This document shows positions 1 through 11,273 of a stretch of 64,000 nt of DNA, one piece after another. A program made the position numbers and the translations under genes. The first letter of the stretch is position 1, and each line of letters starts with the position of its first letter. Origin of the DNA: Heptranchias perlo. Its lineage: Eukaryota. The notes under the pieces are model-generated. The model did no database searches, was not told the DNA's origin, and saw nothing but the letters and a program-made list of their open reading frames with translations. Location of the stretch: positions 22,630,001 to 22,694,000 of the forward strand of contig NC_090341.1 of assembly GCF_035084215.1 (NCBI RefSeq). Reading direction: 5' to 3'.

Positions 1-2660
1 ATGCGTTGAGAATTATGAATTATTTCTTTAAATGTTCACCATTGCTTACCTACCGTCATATCTTTTAATCTAATTTCCCAATCTACCTTAGCCAACTCGA
101 CCCTCATACCTACGTAATTGGCTTTGTTTAAATGTAAGACCCTTGCTTCGGACTTAACTACATCACACTCAAGTTCAATATGAAATTCTATCATATTATG
201 ATCACTATACCAGAGAGTATCCTTTACTATAAGATTAGTAATTAACACTGTCTCTTTACACAATACTAGATCTGAAATAGCCTGTTCTCTAGTTGGTTCC
301 TTGACATATTGTTCTAGAAAACTATCTTCAATGCATTCCATCCCATACTGATTCTACATCCTGATTTTCTGAGCTATGATCCTTTCTCACTACTGTCTTT
401 ATCTCATCCTTTATTATTAGGGCTACCCCACACCCCACTCCTTTTCCATTTTGCCTATCTTTTCTAAAAGTCAAGTACCCTGGAATGTTACGGTTATGTT
501 ACTGGACAATAATCCAGAGACCTAGACCAATAATCTGGAAACATGAGATCAAATCCCACCACGGCAGCTGGGGAATTTAAATTTAATTAATTAAAAATAA
601 AAATTTTTAAAAAGCCAGTACCAGTAATGGTGACCACGAAACTAGCGGATTGCTGTAAAAACCAGTCTGGTCCACTAATGTCCTTTAGGGAAGGAAACCT
701 GCCATTCTTACCCGGTCTGGCCTATATGCGACTCCAGACCCACAGCAATGTGGTTGATTCTTAACTGCACTCTGAAATGGCCCAGCAAGCCACTCAGTTG
801 TTAAGGCGGCGGCTCACCACCACCTTACTCAAGGGCAATTAGGGATGGGCAATAAATGCTGGCCTAGCCAGCGACGGCCACATCCCATGAATGAATAAAA
901 AAAATTTAGTTCCCAACCTTGGTCACCTGCAACCATGTCTCAGTAATGGCTGCTGGATCAAACCCATTAATCTCTATTTGTACCATTAATTCATCTATCT
1001 TGTTACAAATGCTTCGTGCATTCAGCACCTTTAATTTTAACTTTTTACTATTTTTCCCTGATGTGACCTTGGTCAATAATGCCCTATTACCTTTGTTAAA
1101 CTCTCTGTCCCTTCCTGACACATAATTCTTGTTTTTACCCAAATCGCTACTCTGCCCTACAGCCTTGACTTTTCTCTTTAGACGTATAATTTACCCTTAC
1201 CTGAACCCTCGGCACCCCTCCGACCCCTATTATTTCAAAGCCCTATCTACCGCCCCAGTTATTCGATTCGTCAGGTCACTGGTCCCAGCCCGGTTTAAGT
1301 GGAGCCTGTTGCAACGGAATAGCCCCCTCTTTCCCCAGTACTGGAACTAGTGCCTCCCACACCACTCTTTCAGCCATCCACTTAAACCTCTAATCTGTTT
1401 GTCCCTATGCCAATTTGCATGTGGCTCAGGTAGTAATCCAGAGATTATTGCCTTTGAGGTTCTGCTTTTTAATTTGGACCCTAGCTCCTCAAACTCCCTC
1501 AGCAGAACCTGATTCCTAGTTCTACCTACATCGTTGATTCCTACGTGGACCATGACAACTGGATCCTCCCCCTCATGCTCCAAGTTCTTCTCCAGCAGTG
1601 AAGAGATGTCCTTAACCCTGGCAATGGATAAGTAACACAGCCTCCGGGACTTCCGGTCGTGGCTGCAGAGAACAGTATCTATCCCCTTGCACTAACACAT
1701 TCCTTTTTGCTCCCCCCACTTGAACACCCTCCTGTACCACGGTGCCGTGGTCAATTTGCCTATCCTCCCTGCAGTCTTTGTTCTCATCCATACAGATGGC
1801 AAGTACCTCATATCTGTTGGACAAGGGCAAAGGCTGAGGCTCCTCCACTGCTGGTCCCCTTACCTGCCTGACTCGCTGTCACATCCTCCTGTCCCTGACC
1901 ACTAACCAAATCTAAACCACTACCTAACCTAACGCTGTGACTGCCTCCTGGCTCAAAGTGTCTAGATAACTCTCCCCTTCCCTGATACATCGCAATGACT
2001 GTACCTCGGACTCCAGCCCAATAACACCGAGCCGAAGTTCCTCGAGTTGCAGACACTTACTGCAGATGTGATTGCCTGGGGTCACGCTGCTCTCCACAAA
2101 CTCCCACATGCTGCAGTTACAGCACACCACCTGCACTGCCATCCCTATCTAAACTTGTTTTATTTATTTAATCAAACTTGTTATGTAATTAATTCACTTG
2201 GTTTAGTTTTAGTTTTTTTAAAACTAAATTAATGATTTAAACTAGATAAATGAATAAAGTATTAGCAAGTTATAGGTTCCGAGTTTAAACCACTCCCCCA
2301 GCTTGAGTGGAAAAAAATGTATTACACACCAACCAATCACCTACCTCCTGTCCTGTGACATCACCGGGTCCAAGAGTTGTTTACCCCAGCCAAATGGACA
2401 CTACTGGAAAATCTCATGCTTTTTAAACCCGGTTTAATTATTCTAGTTCTTTACCTTAGATCGTTACCTCAATACTTTTCTTCATTCCCTCGGGTTCTGC
2501 CGCTACTTCCTCTTTGCACTGTTTCTGACGTCACTCTTTCAAATTTCTGCCTGTGTTGGAGTTGGTCTCAGCTCCCGCTCCTTCCAGTCTCCAGCCTCCG
2601 TTGCCACCGCATTTTATATCCCCACTCAGCTCAGCTCTCGGTCCTTCTAGTATTCACCCT
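1..2660 (-). mobile_element. CR1-clade LINE, 5' portion (5' UTR, ORF1 zinc finger/coiled coil plus SGNH esterase, ORF2 APE endonuclease), frameshifted
   Basis: ORF fragments CCNCSMWE...HICSKCLQLEEL, VHVGINDV...IISGLLP, LNARSI...AITETWLQ and DLVL...SDHNMI. Confidence 0.88.
487..905 (+). mobile_element. tRNA-type SINE inserted into the CR1 endonuclease domain
   Basis: B-box-like gatcaaatccc and an A-rich tail. The CR1 frame GWELN|IPGY is interrupted exactly here. Confidence 0.8.
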
Positions 2661-3290
2661 ATGAATGCATTGCTTTGAGTGAGGCTGACCATGAAAGAGA
2701 TGCATCAGAGGGTGACTATCAGACACTTACATCACATTGCATCATGATTGGGGTGAGTGGCAGTGGTGGGTGATTAAATGGGCAGTTGAGGAAATGCATT
2801 GAAAGTGAAGGATGGTTGCTGCTGCTGACATTGACCTGGTTCAGTCATTAAAATACTTCCTGCGCTGAACCCAAGACATGGGCACCATGCTCCTGTTGCT
2901 CACCTCTAGCCAAGCATTTTTGGTTACAGAGCCAGGTTTCTTCCTGCGATCCATTGGAAACATTACCTTGGTCCTGGTTCTCATTGCAACCAGCAGTTCA
3001 TCCAGGGAGGCATCATTAAATCTAGGGGCAGCCTTTGCTTTCCTGGACTCCATTTCTCCTTTAAAATCCATTCTTGGACTGGCCCTTTAAATAGTGGGCT
3101 CTAAATCGCATCAATCGGGTGTGCAGTAGGCCCGCTGCGCAGCTTGGAGACGCGAAACCCGGAAGCGTAGGTAATCGACTGCAATCGAGACACAATCGCA
3201 AATTTAAACACACTCAGTTTGGCTCCAGGTTCCCCACACACAAATCCACCCAACGCTGACTTCCCACCACCATGCTAAAATCATGGTCAT
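2660..3290 (-). mobile_element. PIF/Harbinger-type DNA transposon remnant with Myb/SANT-like ORF fragment
   Basis: ORF 2841-3071 APRFNDASLDELL...KNAWLEV...WVQRRKYFND has the F..W..W/K spacing of Myb_DNA-bind_5-like domains. Confidence 0.6.
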
Positions 3291-3297
3291 GGTGTCA

Positions 3298-3750
3298 GTG
3301 GTGCTCAGTGGTAGCACTCTTGCTTCTGAGTCAGAAAGTCGTCAGTTTAAGCCCCACTCCAGACACTTGAGCACATAACCTAGGTTGGCACTTCTGTGCA
3401 ATACTGAGGGAGCACTGCACTGCCATAGGTACTGTCCTTTGGATGAGAGGTTAAACCGAGGCCTCGTCTGCCCTCTCAGGTGGGCGTAAAAGATTCCACA
3501 GCACTATTCGAAAAAGAACAGTGGAGGTCCCCTGTTGTCGTGGCCAACATTTATCCCTCAAGCAACATCAGAAACAGATGATCTGGTCATTTATTTCATT
3601 GCTGTTTGTGGGACCTGGCTGTGCGCAATTTGGCTGCCACGTTTCCTACATTACAACAGTAACTACATTTCAAAAGTACTTCATTAGCTGTAAAGCATTT
3701 TGGGACGTCGTGAGGTTGTAAAAGACGCTATATAAATGCAAGTTTTTTCT
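3298..3750 (+). mobile_element. Deu-domain SINE (SacSINE1/AmnSINE1-like), near full length
   Basis: tRNA-like head, Deu core ttgctgtttgtggga...ttggctgcc...tttcctacattacaacagt, and tail gctatataaatgcaagt. Confidence 0.85.
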
Positions 3751-5594
3751 TCATGACACGTGAAAGTATGAATGCCTGAACCACAACCAGAAACAGTTTT
3801 TACAGAGCTCATGTGCATTTTAATAAGCTTGATATGAACTTGAAAAGGTTTCTGCCAAAATACTGCGTCAAAGCTAGAAAGCTACATTCACAGGCTTCTT
3901 ACTAAATGCCTTATCCTCATCACACACACACACACTCTGAAGTGTGCATTACTAACAGCAGTTTTTCTGGTAGCCTAAAACTAACAATTTGAGCCTGAAT
4001 TTTTAGTTTTTTTGTCCTACGAATTTGCACCTACTAGGATAAACACTATCCAAATTTCACTTACAACCGTTAGAGGCAGAGAAGACAGTTCTATCCAATC
4101 AGTCAGGACTGGATTTGAGCACAGGCCCCAGAAATGAATGTATTCAACTCACTGTACCATACCGCCATCAACCATATTTAATATTAATCTACGCATGCAG
4201 TAGATATTACTCAAAACCAGAACACAGCCTTTCTATAATGCAGAAAAATCAGCCAGTTTTTAAACAAACTGAACCAATAAAATTACAGGTCTCAATTCCC
4301 TTCCACAAAATACTTCTATCAAGTCAGCTATTTTACTGTACCTGTACTTGAACGGGGAAGTGGGGAAACTTGAGGTGTGAGGGAGCCTCTGATCTCTCGC
4401 CACCAGAGCAATTGGGATTGAATGGACCATTCAAGGCGAGGCTACCGACAGTGGAATGAGGGGGAGGGAAGGATAATGGGGAAGAACCGAGGTAATATTG
4501 GTGCAGAGTATGCAGTAAGAAGGGGAATGGGCAATGCCATCATGGCGGGGTAAAGAACACGAATGGAGTGCGGTTGTGGGGGGAGAAGCACGAGTGAATG
4601 GAGAGGGATGGGAAGGAAGCCACTGAGGGTATTTTCTCCACAACCCCCACTCCAACTGCAGTCTGAAGCCGCTGGTGTCTCCTAACCCCACCACACCACT
4701 CACTGCCTCTCACGAGAAAGGAAAGAAGAAAAATAGAGAAACAAAAGGAAGAGTTAAGAGGAGAGAAGCAAAAAAGAGAAACAGCAATACAGACAGCAGA
4801 AACAGGTAAGATAGGGACCATATTCTCCGAGTTACCCTACATAATGCCATGCAAGTTAAACCAATATATTAAAAATCTTGTATGTGCTCACACTTCATGT
4901 CTACAAAACCGTTCTTCCAGTTATCTCAATTTTGTCAAACTTGTTGGGCAACTTTTGCCCACTATAAATTCCTATGTCCACATTCATACTGTAAACTGCT
5001 TATGTAAACTTGTCACGTTGCAACTGTACCCTCCCAGCCATGGTGGTACAGTGGGACTTCTGTTTTGCATCTCCCAGCTACTCAGACTTTAATGCAGATA
5101 AACATTATCAATCAACTCTACTTCTCTGCTTCCTAAATTACGATAAGATTTGTGAATTAACTTTAAATAATATCAAATTGAAGTACTATCCAACAAGGAC
5201 AGAATGTGTAACTTTAAAATGGGCATAATTATATCTGTTTGCCCTGGTCCAATTATCTCATCTTCTAACCTTGACTTACCTGAAGACTACATACGGTCTT
5301 GATTTCCCTCCAGAGTGCTACGCCACATTCCCCACAAAAGAAATGCTACGTATTTTTTTAATTCAGGTCATATGGTATTCAAAAATAGCTTATTCCTGTT
5401 TGATATTCAGGTTGGTTTCAATGCCCAGTATGATGTTTTGCACTTCCAAACGCAGACTGTTTTAGTTTGGAATCCAAAAACAATTTTTGACCAGTATTTG
5501 CTTAATCAAGATTCTGGATTCTTTCAAAATCCTTGTATAAACTTTTTAGATTTTGTGCTACAAATATCCAGCATAAAACATGAAAATAACTTAC

Positions 5595-5769
5595 TTTCAG
5601 TAGGGAATCTATTTTTTCTTAGTGCAAGTCTTTCAGCTTTTTTCCTAGCCTCAGCCAGGCTAAAGAGGACTCCATATACACACTGGCGTATTGGCCTATA
5701 CAGCAAAGCAGCAGGAGGCAAATCTTTATTGGCTTCATCTTCTATGCTAATGGAGATCTTAATCTCACC
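5595..5769 (-). CDS. FAM120A: FAM120A exon 10 (175 nt, GEIKISISIEDEANKDLPPAALLYRPIRQCVYGVLFSLAEARKKAERLALRKNRFPTE)
   Basis: Acceptor tttaattgtag|GGT and donor GAAA|GTAAGT; phase 0 to 1. Later exons were not found in 1-5594. Confidence 0.95.
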
Positions 5770-5819
5770 CTACAATTAAAAACAAAGTATTCATCATTAG
5801 ATGGTATTCATCATTTTCA

Positions 5820-6012
5820 CAGACCTTCCCTTCTTTTCTTTCCTCCTCCCCCCCCAAACTTTTTTCCCCGCCTCTGTACTTGCTCATAAACCGTTAAATC
5901 TCTAACTTCTTCCAGTCCTGCTGAAAGCTCATCGACCTGAAACGTTAACTCTGTTTCTCTCTCTACAGATGCTGCCTGACCGAACAAGTGTTTCCAGCAT
6001 TTTCTGTTTTTA
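5820..6012 (+). mobile_element. Penelope-like element terminal repeat fragment with degenerate hammerhead core
   Basis: CTGcTGA-A-stem-GAAACGTT followed by cagatgctgcctgacc...tttccagcattttctgttttt. Confidence 0.6.
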
Positions 6013-6261
6013 GTCACCATTAGTACTTTCTTAGAAAACCCTATTGAGTAAAAACATGGAATCAAAAAGGTTAAAAAAAAACACGATTCAGCCATTCAAT
6101 GAGATCATGGCTGTTCACATTGAACAGCAATGGTATTTCCTCACCTGTAAGCCAACTGAAGTTGACATACTTTTGGTTGGTATTTCATTCCAACATTTAC
6201 AATATTCAACACTTTAAATGGCACAATTATTCCAAGAAATATACGCTTGCTTAAAATTTGT

Positions 6262-7460
6262 TCAAGATGTGGTCAAAGCTGGCACGGCCAGATTTATTGC
6301 CCCTTTCCAAGTTGCCCTGAGATGGTGGTGGTGTTTTTTCCTTTGAACTGCAGCATTTCTTGTGGGGATGCTGCTCCACATTGGCGTAGGTAGGGAATTC
6401 CAAGATTTTGACCCAGCGATTAAAGAATGAACAGCATTATCTTTCCAAGTCAGGATTGTGAGATACTTGGAGGTCACAGTGTTCCTGGTAGTAGAGGCTG
6501 CAGGGCAGGGAGATGCTGTTAAAGTAAGCTTGGTGAGTTACTGCACTGAATCCTGTAGATAGTATATAAAGCAGGCACGGTATGTTGGTTGCAAACAGGG
6601 TGGAGTCCACTGGCAGGGGTGCCGAGCAGGTGTACAGCTGTGTCTTGGATGGTGTTGAGCTTCTCAAATGCTGTTATAGCTGCAATGCAGGTGACTGGCG
6701 AGTACTCCATCACAATCCAGACTTATGCCTTATAGATTGTGGAGAGGCTGAGAGAGATTGAAGTGATTCGCTCATCCCAGAGTACTCAGCTTCTGCTCTT
6801 GTAGCCAGCGTTGACATGACTGGTCCAGTTAAGCTTCTGGTCCATGGTGACCCCCACGCCCCCCCCAACCCGGGATTTTCATGTTGGGGCACTCGACAAT
6901 GGTGGTGCCATTGAAGGTCAGGGTAAGGAGGTTGAGCCTTTTCTTCTTGGAGATGATCAGTCACTGCAATTGTTTGGCACAAATGTTACCTGCCTTGTGC
7001 TGGTTGTTGTCCAGGTTATGCTGTAGGTTGGAAAGGGCTGCTTCATTAGTGGAACATTTATGGATGGAGCGGAAAGCTGTAGAATTGTCAGCAAACAGCC
7101 CCACTCCTGACCTTATAATGGAGGGAAGGTCATTGATGAGGCAGCGGAAGATGGTTGAGCCAATGGTCCTGTCCTGAGGAACTCCTGCAGCGATGTCCTG
7201 GGGCTGCGATGATCGGCCTCCAACAACCACGACCATCTTGCTTTGTGTAGTTATGCAAACAGCCACTGGGGAGTTCTCCCTTTGACCTCAATTTTGTTAG
7301 GGCTACTTGGTGCCAAATGTTGCCTTGATGTTGAGGGCCAAAATTCTCACCTGTACCTCTGGCCTTCAGCTTATATCCAAACCTGGATCAAGGCTGTGGC
7401 AAGGTATGGAGCCAAGTGGCTCTTGTGAAATCCAAACTCATTGTTGATGAGCAGGTTAAC
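6262..7460 (-). mobile_element. Decayed non-LTR retrotransposon (CR1/L2 group), RT region to 3' tail
   Basis: AGVPQ...INDLP...GLFADN RT motifs and KSWNSLP C-terminus. The tail resembles that of the SINE at 487-905. Confidence 0.8.
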
Positions 7461-7479
7461 AAGTTGACAATCCAACATC

Positions 7480-8400
7480 CCCCAAGCTCACCCCTCGTCT
7501 TAACTATGAATCCATTTCTTTCCTATCTCCCGTCATGCCCTGTCTGAGCTCCTCTTGTTCATGATACCCACACTTCCTGCCGCTTTGACCCCAGTGCCAC
7601 TAAACTGCTGACCGTAGAACTTTCCTTCCTGGCCCCCATGCTAGCATGTTAGCTGACATAATAAATGGTTCCCTCTCCTCAGATACTTGCTCCCTCCCTC
7701 TCAAGATAGCCGTCATCAACCCCTCTCCTCAAAAACACACCTTTGACCCCCCTGTCCTTGCAAACTAATGCATCATCTCCAACCTCCCTTTCCAAAGTTC
7801 TTGAAAGTGTTGCCATCTCCCAAATCCATGCCCATCTTTCCCATAACTCCATGTTTGAATTTCTCCAATCATGTTTCCGTCCCTGCCGCACTATCAAAAT
7901 GGCCCGAGTCAAAGTCTCAAATGACATCCACTTATGATTATCCCTTTTTAACCTCTGCATCCTTCAACACGGTCCCCTGCATGATTCTCCTCCATTCCCC
8001 AGGTCAGTGGGATTGCCCTTATTTGGTTTCACTCACCTATGCAACTGTATCCAGCAATGGCTCCTTTCCCTACCCCCACTCCATTCCCTCCGAAGTCACC
8101 CAAAGATCAATCCTTGGCTCCCTCCTCTACATGCTTGCCACATGGCAACATCATTTGCAGACATAGAATCAGCTACCACATGTATGCTAACAACATCCAG
8201 CTCTACCTCTCCACCACTTCCCTTGACTTCTCCACTGCCTCTGCTTGTCCTATATCCAGTCCTGGAAGATCCACAATTTCCTCCAGTTTAACAATGGGAA
8301 AACTGAAGCCATTGTCTTCAGGCCCTGCCACAAACTTTGTACCCTTACCATCGATTCCATCTGCCTCCCTGGCCAAAACACAAACACTTATAATAGCCGG
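7480..8400 (+). mobile_element. Decayed L2 LINE RT fragment
   Basis: LSKVLE...FLQSCFRP and YHMYANNIQLYLS (eroded YADD) motifs. Confidence 0.75.
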
Positions 8401-8478
8401 TGACCCCAAAGACATTGAAGTATTCTCTATTACTGAGAAGCCATGCTTTCTATAAAAAGAAAAATATGGAACCTGAAA

Positions 8479-8692
8479 TAAAAACAGAAAATGCTGGAAA
8501 TACATAAGAGGTTAGTGAGCATCTGTAAAGAGAAGACAAATTATTACATTTTGAATGTGTACCCTTCTTTAGAAGGTTTCAGGCATGTAACTGTTTTCCT
8601 GAAGGGTTACACACCCAAGATCTCACAACCTGTCTTTTATGTCTATAGATGCCAACTAACCTGCTGCAGATTTCCAGCATTTTCTATTTTTA
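8479..8692. repeat. About 215-bp imperfect palindrome built from two inverted Penelope-like terminal fragments
   Basis: Left arm taaaaacagaaaatgctggaaat; right arm atttccagcattttctattttta; inner gcatctgta/tatagatgc also pair. Confidence 0.7.
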
Positions 8693-9914
8693 ACCATTTC
8701 CTCGACTTGCTTTGGGTGGCTCCCAACTACAGGGAGAGAGAGAGCAGCGTACCGGCTACTGAAAATTTAGAGGGAAACAGACACAGCATCTTTAAAATCA
8801 TTCATTTATAAACATGAAAACAAATGTTTTTCCTTGAAAAATAATTCATCGGTCATGCACAAATATCACAAACAAAGCATAATAATGGCAGTGCATAATT
8901 GGGACTTGATCTGGACACCAGTGGGGTACAGAAGTTTGACATTATAAGCAGACAGATATTAGATATGAGCAGCAGATAACTACCTTGCAAAAAAAATTGA
9001 AAGAAAGCGTGCATACTGGCCCTCAAGATGGCTGGAGGATGAATAGAATGAGTCTTTGCCTTTCCTAGCAGTTCACAAGCTTCTAAAACGTAACTCAAGG
9101 AAATATACTTTACTACTCGTGTAACATCTGCTTGATAACAGGTTTACCTCAAGAAGAAAATAAATGTCTGGACCGGCATGTGCCCTTGGTTTTTTAAAAA
9201 TAGGAATGCCAAACAAAATGATACTTTGTAGTGAGATAGCATGCAATGGCAGCTAAAACATAAGCACCGCAATCTTGAAATAAACAAAACTCAAAAACCT
9301 TGGACGAGGTCCCAAGATTATCTTTAGATATTTGGAATACAGCATTTCAAAACCTTAATTTACACAATATTGATTAGTAATCCCTAAATAATTACTGGCA
9401 ATTGTAACTTTGCTCCCAGGAGTTTGCTTTAGTAACCTTGCACTCCAAGTTGTCTGCAGGATTTCATTACCATTGATACTTTAATGACACAATTACACTG
9501 ATATACTATTTGCTACGATATAGACATTGCAGAGAGACTGGGGCAACATCAAAACTTACAAAGTGAGCCAACATCATTATCACACAACCAGAAACAAAAC
9601 TTTCAGCATGTTCTCTTCAATATTTTTTTGGAGATCAACATAAGGGAATGAATGTTGGGGAACAGAACTGCATCCAATGTCAACATCAAGCAATCCCTTC
9701 TCAAGTATAGTACTTACCAGATGGATGAAGTTGCCAACAACATAACTTAAACAACCTTAGAAGAACCCACCCAATACTATTGTGACTTTTTTCATTTCTT
9801 AGACCAGTCTTTCTGAACCTGACTGCAAATTCTGCCAATTTACAGATAATTTCGTCCCGTGAACATCAACCAGGTGGGTTCAGACTCAATTCCATTAGAA
9901 CCTTACTATTAGTA

Positions 9915-10390
9915 TATTACAGATTTTAGGACCTGGGCGGCTGAAGGCACAGCCGCCAATGGTGGGGCAAAGGGAGTGGGGAATGTGGAAGAGGCCAGAG
10001 TTGGAGGAATGCAGCGTTCTCTGAGTGTCGTTGGGCTGGAGGAGGTTACAGAAATAAGGAGTGCGAGGCGATGGAGGGATTTAAACACAAGGATGAGAAT
10101 TTTAAATTTGAGGCATAGGTGAACCAGGAGCCAATGTAGGTCAGCGAGCACAGGAATAATGGCTGAGCGAGACTTTGTGCAGGTTAGGATACAGGCAGTA
10201 GAGTTTTGAATGAGCTTAGGTTTATGGAGCGTGGAAGATGGGAGGCCGACCAGGAGAGCGTTGGAATAATCAAGTCTGGACGTAACAAAAGCATGGATGA
10301 AGGTTTCAGCAGCATATGGGCTAAGGCAGAGGCGGAAATGGGCAATGTAATGGAGCCAAAAGTCGGCAGTCTTTGTGATGGAGAGGATAT
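9915..10390 (-). mobile_element. L2 LINE 3' ORF fragment
   Basis: LADLHWLLV...FKILILVFKSLH, typical of the L2 ORF2 C-terminus. Confidence 0.8.
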
Positions 10391-10394
10391 GACA

Positions 10395-10695
10395 ATCTTA
10401 CGACTGTGGCCTTTTGTACATCCTCCCCCGTTCGCCCCACATTAGTGGCTATGTCTTCAGCCTGTCAAGATCCCACATGCTGGAATTACCTCCCTAAACC
10501 CCCCCGCCTCTCCATCCCTCTCTGTACCTTTAAGGCCCTCCTTAAAACCCATCTCTTTGACCAAGCTTTTGGTCACCAGTCCTAATGTCTCCTTCTTTGT
10601 CTCAACATCCATTTGTGTTTGATTATACTTTTGTGCAGTACCTTGGGATTTTTTTTTACATTGAAGGCGCTATATAAATGCAAGTTGCTGTTGTG
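10395..10695 (+). mobile_element. L2 LINE 3' end
   Basis: ctccttaaaacccatctctttgaccaagcttttgg followed by tail gcgctatataaatgcaagttgctgttg. Confidence 0.8.
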
Positions 10696-11027
10696 TATGG
10701 AGAAAGTTTGCAACACAGATCCCTGAGGCATGTCACTAGCTAGTTTGCCAATCCTAGAAACACTCCTTCACTGCTACTCTGTTGTTTGTCCTTCAACCGA
10801 CCCGGAAGACATCATATGTTACTTTTGACATCATCAGTCTCAATTTTTGCAACCAGCCTCTTATGTGGCACTGATGAAATGCTTTTTGTCCAAACATTTG
10901 TCCTCCATTGTATTCCCAATGCCTATACTCTCAATTAGCAGTTTTCTACTGTAGCCATTGGTTCTAACTAGTTACTTTTTAAGATAAATCAGTTTAATTG
11001 TACATAGTGGGCAGTATTCGGACCTAC

Positions 11028-11273
11028 CTTTGTGAGCACCTGAAATACATATGGGTACATCAATCCTTTCCTGTGTCTGTGTTCAGCAACTCTTAGTACC
11101 TCTGGAGCTACCATTGGCACAGGTGGGATGGTTATATCCATGTGGTTTCTTGTAGGCACCGATAGGAGAGATGGAATCTGTTCAGTGTTGATTTGGCTTA
11201 GCCTGCTTTCAGCTGATGCAGGGGATACTTTTGCATCTACTTGGCTTCCTGGATTGCCAGGGGGATCCTCTAC
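11028..11273 (-). CDS. FAM120A: FAM120A exon 9 (246 nt, VEDPPGNPGSQ...IPSLLSVPTRNHMDITIPPVPMVAPEVLRVAEHRHRKGLMYPYVFQVLTK)
   Basis: Tandem acceptor TAGCAG|GTA with an upstream TACTAAT branch motif; donor AAG|GTAGGT; phase 0 to 0. Confidence 0.92.

Noticed and set aside
3298-3365. tRNA gene
   Set aside because: tRNA-derived SINE head continuous with the SINE body; the same applies at 56876 and 60295.
4431-4433. Selenocysteine or readthrough UGA in the candidate exon
   Set aside because: The best donor leaves the exon out of frame anyway; an in-frame version needs a weak ACA|GTAAAA donor, and no SECIS is visible.
5315-5779. 154-aa plus-strand ORF
   Set aside because: Antisense to exon 10 and intron, non-ATG start, no motif.
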